Origin: Octopus sinensis | Lineage: Eukaryota | DNA: 64,000 nt | Direction: 5' to 3' | Assembly (NCBI RefSeq): GCF_006345805.1 | Contig: NC_042998.1 | Location: forward strand, 22,382,001 to 22,446,000 | Part shown: in pieces, positions 24,205 to 36,163 of the stretch | How the letters are laid out: each line of letters starts with the position of its first letter | How positions within the stretch are numbered: position 1 is the stretch's first letter | Program-made: the position numbers and the translations under genes | Notes under the pieces: model-generated | Told to the model about the DNA's origin: nothing | Databases searched by the model: none | What the model saw: only the letters and a program-made list of their open reading frames with translations

Positions 24205-25265
24205 TTCAAATTTCCCCTGAGGTCGACGTTGCCTTTTAGCCTTTCGGGCTCGACTAAATAAGTACCAGTTACCCGCTGGGTCGATGTAATCGACTTAGTC
24301 CCGTCCCCAAACTGCCCTTGTGGCAAAAAAATTGAAATCATTATTATTGTTATTATTATTAGATGCGGCGAGTTGGCAGATTCGTTCAGAATCTGAGTTC
24401 AAATTCCGTCGAGGAATTTGATCTTTGAACTTTGAACTTTGCCTTTCATCTTTTCGGAGTCGATAAATTAAGTACCAGTTACGCACTGGGGTCGATGTAA
24501 TCGACTTAATCCCTTTGTCTGTCCTTGTTTGTTCCCTCTATGTTTAGCCCCTTGTGGGCAATAAAGATTTAAGAATCGTTAGGACGCCGGGCGAAATGCT
24601 TAGCGGTATTTCGTCTACCGAGATCGACTTTGCCTTTCATCCTTTCGGGGTCGATAACTTAAGTACCAGTTACGCACTGGGGTCGATGTAATCGACATAA
24701 TACCTATGTCTGTCCTTGTTTGTCCCCTCTATGTTTAGCCCCTTGTGGGTAATAAAGAAATAGGTATTTCGTCTACCGAGGTCGAATCTGCCTTTCATCC
24801 TTTCGGAGTCAATAAATTAAGTACCAGTTACGCACTGGGGTCTATGTAATCAACTTAATCCCTTTGTTTGTCCCCTCTATGTTTAGCCCCTTGTGGGCAA
24901 TAAAGATTTAAGAATCGTTAGCACGCCGGGCGAAATGCTTAGCGGTATTTCGTCTACCGAGGTCGACTTTGCCTTTCATCCTTTCGGAGTCGATAAATTA
25001 AGTACTGGGGCCGATGTAATCGACTTAATCCCTTTGTCTGTCCTTGTTTGTCCCCTCTATGTTTAGCCCCTTGTGGGCAATAAAGATTTAAGAATCGTTA
25101 GGACGCCCGGCGAAATACTTAGCGGTATTTCGTCTACTGAGGTCGACTTTGCCTTTCATCCTTTCGGAGTCGATAAATTAAGTACCAGTTACGCACTGGG
25201 GTCGATGTAATCGACTATCCCCCCTCTACCAAATTTCAGGGCTTGTACCTATAATCGAAAGAACT
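24205..25265 (+). mobile_element. SINE family A tandem array (about 6 partial units)
   Basis: Repeated gcctttcatcctttcgg...tttagccccttgtggg..ataaaga units; ends in tail b and (ATT)n. Confidence 0.9.
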
Positions 25266-25288
25266 ATTATTATTACTATTATTAATTC

Positions 25289-25322
<34 letters not shown>

Positions 25323-25699
25323 AGCAGCAGTGTTGTTGTTGTTGTTGTTGGTGGTGGTGGTAGTGGTAGTAGTTGTAATTTTGTTGTTGTTGCTGTTGTT
25401 AATATGATATACGGCGTTGGGGAGTGAGCGGTAGAATGTCTGTTCGAAATTGCTTTAGATTGTTTATCTGAAGTTCAACCTAGCAAAGTATCACATGATA
25501 GTCTGGAATTAAGTTACATCTACGGTATACTCAAGCAGCAGAACAGAGCTTACGTAAACAAATAACGAGGTTAATTTGTTAGGATTTCTCAATCAAAAAT
25601 CCTGTCTTAATTAGTGTAAGCAATTACTCTTGATTTTAATGGTCATTGCTAATTTATACAATGTAATAGAACTGTCAGTACGTTAAATAGAGGAGAGGG

Positions 25700-25730
<31 letters not shown>

Positions 25731-25742
25731 CGTGTATGTGCA

Positions 25743-25773
<31 letters not shown>

Positions 25774-26166
25774 AAGAGAGAGAGAGTGTGTGTGTGTGTG
25801 TGTGTGTGAGTGAGGGAGTGTGTGTGTATGTGCGTGAGTGAGGGAGTGTGTGTGTATGTGTGTGAGTGAGGGAGTGTGTGTGTATGTGTGAGACAGAGAG
25901 TGTGTGTAAGAGAGAGAGAGAGAGAGTGTGTGTGTGTGTGTTGTGTGTGTGTGTGTGTGAGAGAAGAGAGAGAGAGAGAAAGTGTGTATGTGTATGCGCG
26001 TGTGTGAGAGACAGTGTGTGTAATGTGAGAGAGAGAAAGTGTGTATGTGTATGTGTATGCGCCTGTGTGTGAGAGAGAGAGAGTGTATGTGTGTGTGTGT
26101 GTGTGAGAAAGAGAGTGTGTGTGTATATGTATGTGTGTGAGAGAGATTGTGCGCATGTGTGTGAGA

Positions 26167-26198
<32 letters not shown>

Positions 26199-26269
26199 GA
26201 GAGAGAGAAAGTGTGTGTGTATGTGTGAGAGAAAGAGAATGTGTGTGTAGTGTATGAATGTGTGTGAGT

Positions 26270-26319
<50 letters not shown>

Positions 26320-26390
26320 AAATGAAAAGCTGTATTGAAACATAGTATGTTTGTGTGTGTGTGTGAGTGAGTGTGTATATGTGTATGTTT
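25700..26390. repeat. Compound (GA)n/(GT)n microsatellite
   Basis: Direct inspection. Confidence 0.95.
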
Positions 26391-27013
26391 GTGAATTCAG
26401 TGATATGGCCTGTACAATCAGTAACGGGAAGAAAGCACAACAGCTGTCGAAAGATAAACAGCATAAGTGCACGCTGGCGCGAATGTATATGTATGCATGT
26501 GTGAGTGCAAGGGCAAAGCTATATAAACTGCACACATGTACACACATAGAATTCCTTTTTCGCATATGCGCAATTGCACGTTCATAGATACAAAAATGTG
26601 CACATATATACACAACCCTGAGCAGAAGAGAGGGTGGAGGAATCAGTGGGCATGGGCCTACGGTTTTGAGGTGGGGGGGGGTTACTACCCTCTTCTCGGC
26701 GAAGGGGAGATTCTTTGGTAAAGAATTTTGTTTTTCTTATATAATTCTCTGGTTCGTTTATTCTCTCTTGTTACTTCTAATTACATCAATGAACGCTACA
26801 TGTATACGTAGGGAACTGTAACTCATTCATAAACCACGTATTATATTTAAGACCGTCCGCTATGAAACTTCGTAATAAACAGATTAGAATAGGGCCCACG
26901 CTTCTCAATTAGGGCTGAGTTTGCGTTCGTCTGTACATGCAAATAAACATGCATATATACATTTATGCATGGCTTACATGCGTACATGTTTTCATGCATA
27001 CATACTAACATAC

Positions 27014-27179
27014 AGGCGTAGCTGGGTGGTAAGATGTTTGGTTTCCAATCACATGGTTCCTGGTTCAATGCTACTGCGTAGTACCTTGGGCAAGTGTTTT
27101 CTACTATAGCCTCAGATCGACCAAAGCCTCGTGATTGGATTTCGTAGACGGGAACTAAAAGAAGCCCATTGTGTGTGTA

Positions 27180-27180
<1 letters not shown>
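27014..27180 (+). mobile_element. SINE family B 5' half
   Basis: aggcgtagctgggtggtaag...ccttgggcaagtg...gtagacgggaactaaaagaagccc, then microsatellite. Confidence 0.75.
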
Positions 27181-27219
<39 letters not shown>

Positions 27220-27535
27220 AACCTTTACATAAATAAATAACGTGAAATACACGAAGGGACGAACAAAAAGACAAACGGGTCATTCAAAGCCTTCATTCTT
27301 CAGTCAGAAACTGATCCCTCATCGCAGATTTCGGCTGAAGCAACAAGAATGACTCCGGTAATTTGGTACAATTGTTTCGCACTACATCATTTTAATTTTT
27401 AAATTACAGGAGTCATTCTTGTTGCTTATTTTTTATTATAATCACCCCGCAAATTTTTATGGATAACACCATACAAAATTCTGGTGCATCTAAATTAAGT
27501 ACCATATTCATTTGAATCTAAATGTGTTGCTGAAC

Positions 27536-27579
<44 letters not shown>

Positions 27580-27580
27580 G

Positions 27581-27611
<31 letters not shown>

Positions 27612-27624
27612 TGTGTGGTGTGTG

Positions 27625-28245
27625 TGTGTAAATGTAATAAATGACAATTATTCGGTAGCCTCAGTAAAATGCAAGTACAGACCTGAAAACAGATTTGAGA
27701 TAAAGAAGAGAAACTCTACACTTGTGGAAATTAGCTGCCCAGCAGATGTTAACATAAAGTTGAAGATCAGTGTAGAAGAGAATACCTACGCTGAAGTATT
27801 GAGAAATCTGTAGTTAGTCTATCCAGATTACAAGTTCAGGTTTATACCAGTGATTATCGTGTCCCTGGGATATGTAACACACTGCCAAAATACAAATCTT
27901 GAGAAATTAAGCTTCTCAAAGCCAGAAAGGAGAAAGCTAATTCGAAGACTACAGATCCAGTTCACTGGAACTGTAAAAATCTGTAAAACTTTCCAGAAGT
28001 TTATCATTTAAGTATATAGGAGCATGTCTAGATATGCAACTATATGTTTGAGAATATATACATAAAAGAAAACACAAATCTGCACGTATACATACATACA
28101 TACATACATACATACATACATACATACATACAAAAATACCCTGCTGTTGATGTTGAAATTCCAATGAAGTAGCCTTGGATCTAGGTTAGAAAGCGGCTCT
28201 TTCTCTATTGACAAGAAATCTTGGAGTAAAACTGGATGATCACAT
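27625..28245 (+). pseudogene. R4/Dong-like LINE 3' fragment, (TACA)n-associated lineage
   Basis: VKCKYRPE...LVEISCPADVNIKLKISVEENTYAEVLRNL..YKFRFIPVII; 3' UTR ends in acatacata; homologous to 55355-55990. Confidence 0.85.
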
Positions 28246-28317
28246 ACATACACACATATTCATAACTGAAAACAGAAGAAAGCTTACATTCATACTTGCA
28301 TAAATACATACACACAT

Positions 28318-28380
28318 GGTGGTGCCCCAGCATGGCCACAGCTCGTGAGCTGAAACTAGATAAAATAAAATAAATAAATA
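28318..28380 (+). mobile_element. Isolated LINE/SINE-B-type 3' tail
   Basis: ggtggtgccccagcatggccacagctcgtgagctgaaactagataaaa resembles 61200-61248 and SINE B tails. Confidence 0.65.
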
Positions 28381-28511
28381 AAACATACCTACCTACCTAC
28401 TACATACACACACACACACACACACACAAACACAATTATGCATACGTACATCGCATACATGCCATGCATACATTTATCCATCCATTTAGAGCTCCATATA
28501 TTTATAAATGT

Positions 28512-28786
28512 GAAGACACGCGGCCTAGTGGTTAGGATGTTGCATTTACGATCTCTGGATCACGGGTTCGATTCCAGGATCGGCTGGCACGATGTGGTTT
28601 TGAGCAAAACACTACATTTCACGTTGCTCCAGTCCACTCAGCTGTAAATAGGCCACCGTGCGACGGGGAATATTGGTCTGCCCACCTAGCCAGCGAGTTG
28701 CATCATTCGAAAGATAAAATGATGCAAAGCGTATTGTAACCAGCGATGTATAACAACACCCGATAGTCTAGTCGATCACGTGATAC
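28512..28786 (+). mobile_element. tRNA-derived SINE, head/core E + tail 3
   Basis: ggcctagtggttagg, gggttcgattcc, ttgagcaaaacact...tccactcagctgtaaatagg core; tail shared with 1622. Confidence 0.75.
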
Positions 28787-29724
28787 TTATACATAAGTAT
28801 AATCACATATAAATCTTACATACACCCTGATTCTAGTTTTATAAACATACCAATTACTATTGGTGCACTATCTTATTAAAATGATAAAATGACAATCTTA
28901 AAAAAATTAGGATTTTCAAGTAAAAGCGAGACCGGTTAATACGAACTTTACAAATACAATCCGTAAGTGGAAGAGTAAAGCTATGCAAGACTTTCTTAAA
29001 GTTCGATATGCAGGAATTACGTTGACTTTATCCAAATTCCATTGATAGAACTCTTGTTTCGTGGCTACAAACCAGCTTCCACTTTTAAGGAAAAATACTA
29101 ATTATTAAAAGAAAAAAAACATACATACATACATACATACATACATACGCACACCCATCCGCCCGTCTGTCCGTCCATCCACCCATCAAGTCGTTCAAGA
29201 ATTTGGACCTGGAGATCTCCATTTCCAGCGACTTCGAGGGCCACCTCCCAGTGGTGTCGGGCGTCAACGAAGAGCCCTCGACTACAACAAGACGGCCAAA
29301 GTTTTTTTTTTCCCCCCAAGGTCTGGGTTCTCCCGCCCCTAAGCCCTAGATCATTACCTGAACACCCTTACCCGTCTTGTTGCTTAACAACAACAACAAT
29401 CCACCCATCCATCCATCCATCCGTCCGTCCACCCATCCCCCATCCATCCGTCCACCCTTTCCCCCATCCATCCATCCACCCGTCCGTTCATCAATCCATT
29501 CATTCATCTACCCGTCCCTCCGTCAAACCATACATACATACACGCATTCGTACGGAGACGTCTAAATCCAGGTGCGTGCGTTAGTAAACATTTCAATTAT
29601 TAATTCTTCTTCCGTTTCTGTTAAATACATCCCTTTCATCCGCCATGAAGCTCGTCTGTATGATTCATTGATAGAATGCTCTTTTTGTTGCTTTATATCT
29701 TCTGTGTGTGTATACAGCACCAAA

Positions 29725-30076
29725 CACACACACACACATTCATATATATATACACACATATACATCCATATATATATATATATATACATATACATCCATA
29801 TATATATACATATCCATATATATATCCATATACATCCATATATATATATCCATATATATATATATATCCACATATATATATATATCCACATATATATATA
29901 TCCATAACATATATATCCATATACATATATATATATCCATATACATATATATAATATATATATATCAATATTATATCCATATACATATATATATATTCCA
30001 TATATATATATCCATATACATATATATCTATATCCATATACATATATATATATATTATATATATATCCACCCATAT

Positions 30077-30111
<35 letters not shown>

Positions 30112-30470
30112 CCATACATATATACATATATATATTATATATATATAACACCATATACAATATATATATATATATATACACCCAGATACATATATATATA
30201 TATATATATACACCCATATACATATATATATATATATATATATACACCCATATACATATATATATATATACACACATATACATACATATATATATACATC
30301 CATATACATCCATATATATATATATTATATATATATACATACATATATATATACATATATATACACATTCATATATATACATATATACATACATATATAT
30401 ATACATATATACATATATATATATATACAAATATATACACATACATATATACACACACACACATACGTAA
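29725..30470. repeat. (TA)n-based compound microsatellite with CCATA interruptions
   Basis: Direct inspection. Confidence 0.95.
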
Positions 30471-31504
30471 ATATGTGTGTACACTAACGTATATCGAAGC
30501 TAACGTATGTATACCATGCATTTGATATTTTCATTGCATGGAGAATGAAAAATGTCCTATCAAGATATGCTGTATTCAGGAATGTTATTTTTGTAACGTA
30601 TATAAATGTTTGAGACATGGTTTGTTGCTGTTGTTGTTCTTCTTGTTCTTGTTCTTGTTGTTGTGCTGTCGATGTTGTATGAATTTATGCGTGAATCTGT
30701 GTGTTCATATATATTTACGCGTGCTTTCCTGTGCGCAGACGTGAACGTGTTGCGCGCGCGTGTTTGTGTGTGTGTTGTATCATCATCGCGTGTACTCACC
30801 GAACATTCCCTAATGTCCCGTTTGGCAGTTTCTCAATTTCCTTTCCGGTACATCAGAATGCTATATTGGATTGGTATATCGATCACTAAAGCCTCAACAT
30901 CCTTAATCATAATATACAGACACAGTTAACCATGATTTATATGACTGTTAGTTTGCACAGGCACGGAGCAGACTATTATAACACGGCCATTTTTAGGGGG
31001 GAAATATTTTGCGCTGATTTCTTAATGTTTGTATAGTATCGAATGAATACAAACAACCTACTCAATTATGCATCGTATAATATATTCCAGCCTAGCCTAG
31101 CCTAACCTAAAGTGTTATAGTTGAAATGGGAATCTCACTTTGCGTTTAACAGGCTATCTCATATATTCCGTTGAATATTCTGACTAGTTTGTATGGTCTA
31201 ATTCTGTACAGATTTACAATAGGGCTTTGTTGTATATTTTACGATTGCGGCATCAGGTTATATTATTGGTAAGAGGTGAGGGTTCTATCTACGTAGTCAC
31301 TCGGTCTGCTAGAAATAGCAGCCAAGTTTCCTTCAAAGGAAATCGTAGTCTTTGATGTACAAAGACATGGCATAAATATAAAAAGATGCTATAGAAGCAA
31401 GCAATAAATAAAGCTGAGATGGGCTCGGCTGGAATGCCTTTTGTTCAAAAGGTTTGCTTGATCAGAGTTAGTCCGGAGTAAACGATGTCAACAACAATAG
31501 CAAG

Positions 31505-31700
31505 TGGAGGCGCAATGGCCCAGTGGTTAGGGCAGCGGACTCGCGGTTGTAGGAACGCGGTTTCGATTCCCAGATCGGGCATTGTGAGTGTTTATTGAGC
31601 AAAAACACCTAAGCTCCACGAGGCTCTGGCGGGGAGGGGTGGTGAACCCCACTGTGCTCTCTCACCACAACTTTCTCTCACTCTTTCTTCCTATTTCTGC
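31505..31700 (+). mobile_element. SINE head C (3' truncated)
   Basis: ggaggcgcaatggcccagtggttagggcagcggactcgcgg...ctctttcttcc. Confidence 0.85.
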
Positions 31701-31867
31701 CATAAAGCAGAGGAACCATGGTGTGGTAAACTTTCAGACCCTAGTCTAGATTGCAAATCCGCTGTACCCTAGGATGGTTCCACTCTCTACCCGTTAAAAA
31801 AGCCACCGTTTACGGAATGAGGATAACAACGCAGCTTTCGCGCCCGTGCAACCGCCAGCCTATCGTG

Positions 31868-32125
31868 TGTTACGGGGACGTAAACACACCAGCATCGGTT
31901 GTCAAGCGATGTTGGGGGGACAAACACAGATACACAAACACACACCACACACACACACACATATATATGTATATATATATATATACATACATATATATAC
32001 GACGGGCTTCTTTCACTTTCCGTCTACCAAATCCACTCACAAGGCTTTGGTCGGCCCGAGGCTATAGTAGAAGATACTTGCCCAAGATGCCGCTGAACCT
32101 TGGGACTGAACCAGGAACCATGTGG
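31868..32125 (-). mobile_element. SINE family B (3' truncated)
   Basis: gttacggggacgtaaacacacc...gacgggcttc...aagctacttaccacac. Confidence 0.85.
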
Positions 32126-32817
32126 TTGGTAAGCAAGCTACTTACCACACTGCCACTCCTCATATGTGCTTCACTTTTAAATGTTCGATTTAAAAGTATA
32201 CATATGGACCATTTTGATACCAAGTTGCCCGAGACCGACCCTTGGTTTCTTGAGAAAAAAACTTCCTGTTTATAATGATGTAAATTAAAATCTTCAATCA
32301 ACATTTTGTATTAATTTATGTTCCAAACACTAATTTAATAACAAAAACGTTATTTTACTAAATTCTTCATGATTTTCAAAATTAATGAAAAGAAACAACA
32401 AAAAAACCCCAAAAAAACAAAGGCAATACATTTTAACAACAAAAGCAGTGTATTTCACATAAAATATAGTAATGAAAGTTTTATATCACTTAAGGATTGT
32501 CAAGGTAATCTCGGATCTGTTCGCCAGATATGAATCGCCATTAATTTTAATGTCAATTCATAGACACGTGTGCATGATTATTAAAAGAATATTAATGTAC
32601 GACAAGATGAACAGCAAAATGTGAATAACAGTTTAGAACACATGTGTGTCAGTAAATGCAAAACACAAGTTCACATCTGGATGGTATACGTTTCGCAAGA
32701 AGCTAAAAACAAAATAAAAACCCAAAAAAAGAAAACAAACAAAAAACCGAGACATTCTGAAAGAAACCGTGGTGCATTATATATATATATATGTGTGTGT
32801 GTTAGTGTGTGTATATA

Positions 32818-33020
32818 TAGGGAGAGTTTACAAAAAAAACCAACAAAAGACCAAGACAGGTGGTGTACAAAACAAACAGATGTACTAGTATAACGCTCAG
32901 GAATAGAAAAGTCTTTTAAGTTTCGAGCCTACGCTCTTCTACAGAAAGGGACACAGAAAAAACAAGGAGAGAAATAAGGAGAGAAATAAGGAGAGAAAAA
33001 AATGTGTGTAGTGGCTAACG
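32818..33020 (-). mobile_element. Second copy of the 18037 family with a hammerhead-like motif
   Basis: Minus strand CTTT-CTGTAGA-A-GAGC-GTAG-GCTC-GAAAC at about 32913-32948. Confidence 0.55.
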
Positions 33021-33424
33021 TTCGGTTTGAACGGTAGTTTTTAACATAATTTCTAGGTACTAAAAAATTTTAAACTTCGTATACTGGTAGAATGTGTTTA
33101 TAAAACATCTTTTTCTCTTGGCTTTATTGAGAAAATTCTATGGTTTGTAAGATATTTGTTGTTTTTTTTCTTCAATTTCTGCAATTTCAACCAATCACTG
33201 GCGTCTATTGAGGTAAAAAACATTCTGTGCCGTATGAATGTGTCCCTCGTTTAAGAAACAGATTGGGTTTATTTACATTTGTGAAGAAAAAAAGATACCC
33301 TTCTCCCCACCCCTAACCCTAAAACAGATTGAAATGCAATAGATCGATACTAGGTTCATAATTATAGGTGACAATTTCATATGACACCGCTAGAAAAAAC
33401 TGCCGTTCAAACCGAAAAGATCCA
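33021..33424. mobile_element. MITE with terminal inverted repeats
   Basis: Left ttcggtttgaacggtagttttt, right aaaaactgccgttcaaaccgaa(aagatcc). Confidence 0.75.
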
Positions 33425-33838
33425 AAAATTATGACAAAGATGTTATTGTTTTGTTACGGACGACTGATAAAAATAATACATACATACATGCATGGATACT
33501 TGCATAAATACATACATACATACATGTGTACATGATTCCAGTGGGATTCTACGTAGTTTCTGCGTACCAAATTTACTCAAAGACATTGGCTAGGCCTGGG
33601 ACTATTGCAGAAAGCACTTGCCCAAGGTGCTGTACAGTGGGACTGAACCCAAGACCACGTAGTTACGATGCAAACTTCTTCACAAAACAGCCATGTTTGC
33701 ACCCATCGATTATTATCTTTTTTTCCTTTTAAAATAATTTCAGAAATAGAATACAAATGCAAGTCTCTTTCACATCAGACCCGAGCGTATTTAATTTTAA
33801 TAGAAGAAGGACATTTTAGTAGCCTAGAATTATTTGTT

Positions 33839-34435
33839 GGAAGCACTCCGTCGGTTACGACGACGAGGGTTCCGGTTGATCCGAATCAAAGGAACAGCCT
33901 GCTCGTGAAATTAACGTGTAAGTGGCTGAGCACTCCACAGACACGTGCACCCTTAACGTAGTTCTCGGGGATATTCAGCGTGACACAAGAGAGTGACAAG
34001 GCCGGTCCTTTGAAATACAGGAAGTAAGAGTGAGAGAAAGTTGTGCTGAAAGAGTACAGCAGGGATCACCACCATCCCCTGCCGGAGCCTCGTGAAGCTT
34101 TTTAGGTGTTTTCGCTCAATAAACACTCACAACGCCCGGTCTGGGAATCAAAAAAAAATATGAGTATACATATATATTTTAATATTTAGCAGAACAGAGT
34201 GACTCTAGGTCAGAGAGTTTCGTGCGTTGGCACTTATCAAACTTTGATAAGTGTTAACGCACGAAATTCTCCAGCCCCGACTCACTTTGTTACTTCTGCT
34301 AAACGTTAATATGTATATAAATATGTATGCATGCAAATATCATGTAAACACTCACAACGCCCGGTCTGGGAATCGAAACCGCGATCCTATAACCGCGAGT
34401 CCGCTGCCCTAACCACTGGGCCATTGCGCCTCCAC
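33839..34435 (-). mobile_element. SINE head C + tail 1, split by an insertion
   Basis: Near-identical to 49071-49455 but interrupted at 34150-34344. Confidence 0.9.
34183..34305. mobile_element. Palindromic MITE flanked by TTAA
   Basis: ttaa-tatttagcagaa...gagagtttcgtgcgttggcacttatcaaa-c-tttgataagtgttaacgcacgaaattctc...ttctgctaaacg-ttaa. Confidence 0.65.
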
Positions 34436-35312
34436 AGCCTAGGATAAACCATGTCTGAAAAGAAGAAATGGTTACAGCCTGAATACCTTTGATCATAGGT
34501 CTGCTCGATGAAGACTGACCTGGTACTAAAGAAACAACGACGTCGTATAATGATAATACTAATCGTAATAATGGATTAGAATTGAATTGCTACCAGTTCT
34601 GATGCTCCTTTGAAAAATGTAAGGCGACACAAATTTGCTGAAGACTCGTTGTAATTAGTTCTCGAAAGATAGTAACAATCGATTATGTAAAAAGATCAAA
34701 GACAATATTCAGAGAAATATAGGCAATATTTTAATTAACATTTGAGAGTCATCAAATAGATGGAAAAAAATAATCAGGGTGTGGTAAATGGCTTGAAATG
34801 GGCTGTTGCGATGGTGAAGGGGAGGACGATAATAACAACAACATCAACGATATAAATCTTGAAACAAACAAATAAAACAATTATGAATAAAAAAAAAATA
34901 GATTAATAAATAAATTAAGAAAAAAAAATGGAATCTAACATCCGGGAACATCTTTAAGATGCGAAAATAATGTGGAAATGAGGACATCTTAGTTGTTCCA
35001 TAAATAACTTTAAAATTCTTCATGGAACCACCCATAAAACTAATTCACTTCTAATAAGCATTGACTTTTTCTCAATAACGGCCTTAACATCCACACAGGC
35101 AGCAACCTCTCTTCCGACTTCTATAGACAGTTATTCAAATTAATTATAGAACACAGAAGAAAAAAAGAAAAGACGAAAAGAGAAAAACGAAAGAAAAAAA
35201 AATTTTATTCTCTAAATATGAGTGATAATTTTTCTTAATCTTAATTTTTATTTCTATTTTATTTTTTTTATATTTTGTTGTTAATTTTTTTAATGTTTTC
35301 TTGCTCTTTTTG

Positions 35313-35708
35313 TATTATTATTATTATTGTTAATATTATTATTATTATTATTATTGTTAATATTATTATTATTGTTAATATTATTATTATTGTTATTATT
35401 GTTAATATTATTATTATTATTATTGTTAATATTATTATTATTATTATTGTTAATATTATTATTGTTAATATTATTGTTATTATTGTTAATATTATTATTA
35501 TTATTGTTAATATTATTATTATTGTTAACATTATTATTATTGTTAACATTATTATTATTGTTAATATTATTATTATTGTTATTATTATTATTGTTATTAT
35601 TATTATTGTTAATATTATTATTATTATTATTATCATTATTATTGTTAATATTATTATTATTATTATTGTTATTATTATTGTTAATATTATTATTATTATT
35701 ATTATTAT
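35313..35708. repeat. (ATT)n microsatellite punctuated by GTTAAT
   Basis: Variable unit (att)n-gttaat. Confidence 0.95.
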
Positions 35709-36126
35709 TTTCTTTTTTTAAATGCAATTGCTGTGCAGAAATAATTTAAAGTTTCTCTTACACTCCCTTCGCCCTTGATGTCTTCGCTGCCGCCCGAACA
35801 GCCTAAATAACTTTGAAAGACATACTGAATAAGAGAGCTCGGAGAGCAAGATGCAGAAGAGAGAGCAAGTAGGAGGAGAGCAAGCAATGGAGAGCGAGCG
35901 AGAAAGAGCGATAGCTACAGAGAAAGATCCAGAATTAGATCGCCTCATCGAAAATAAAAGCGAGAAAATAAAAATAAAATGGAAGAAAAACCAAAGCGAA
36001 GCAATAACATCTGCTTCACGAACCACTTCATTTTGACTGTCAAGATTCATTTGATTGACTTAATATTTGGTATCGACCAATTTGTCTTATTGCTTTCTTC
36101 AATTTTTCAATACGGCCATGATCAGC

Positions 36127-36163
<37 letters not shown>

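Noticed and set aside
24205-25265. Regularly spaced repeats resembling a CRISPR array (also 37443-38200)
   Set aside because: Units are 140-180-bp SINE multimers without unique spacers, in eukaryotic DNA with no cas genes.
25649-26613. Longest ORFs in the track (271-312 aa, His/Thr/Leu/Ser-rich)
   Set aside because: Compound (GA)n/(GT)n repeats lacking stop codons; the Tyr/Ile ORFs at 10891-13900 and 29562-30484 are the same kind of artefact.
33308-33323. ccctaaccctaa telomere-like repeat
   Set aside because: Only two units, inside a MITE; not an interstitial telomere.
35268-35749. ORFs of poly-Ile, poly-Asn and poly-Leu
   Set aside because: Translations of an (ATT)n/GTTAAT microsatellite; no unique coding sequence.
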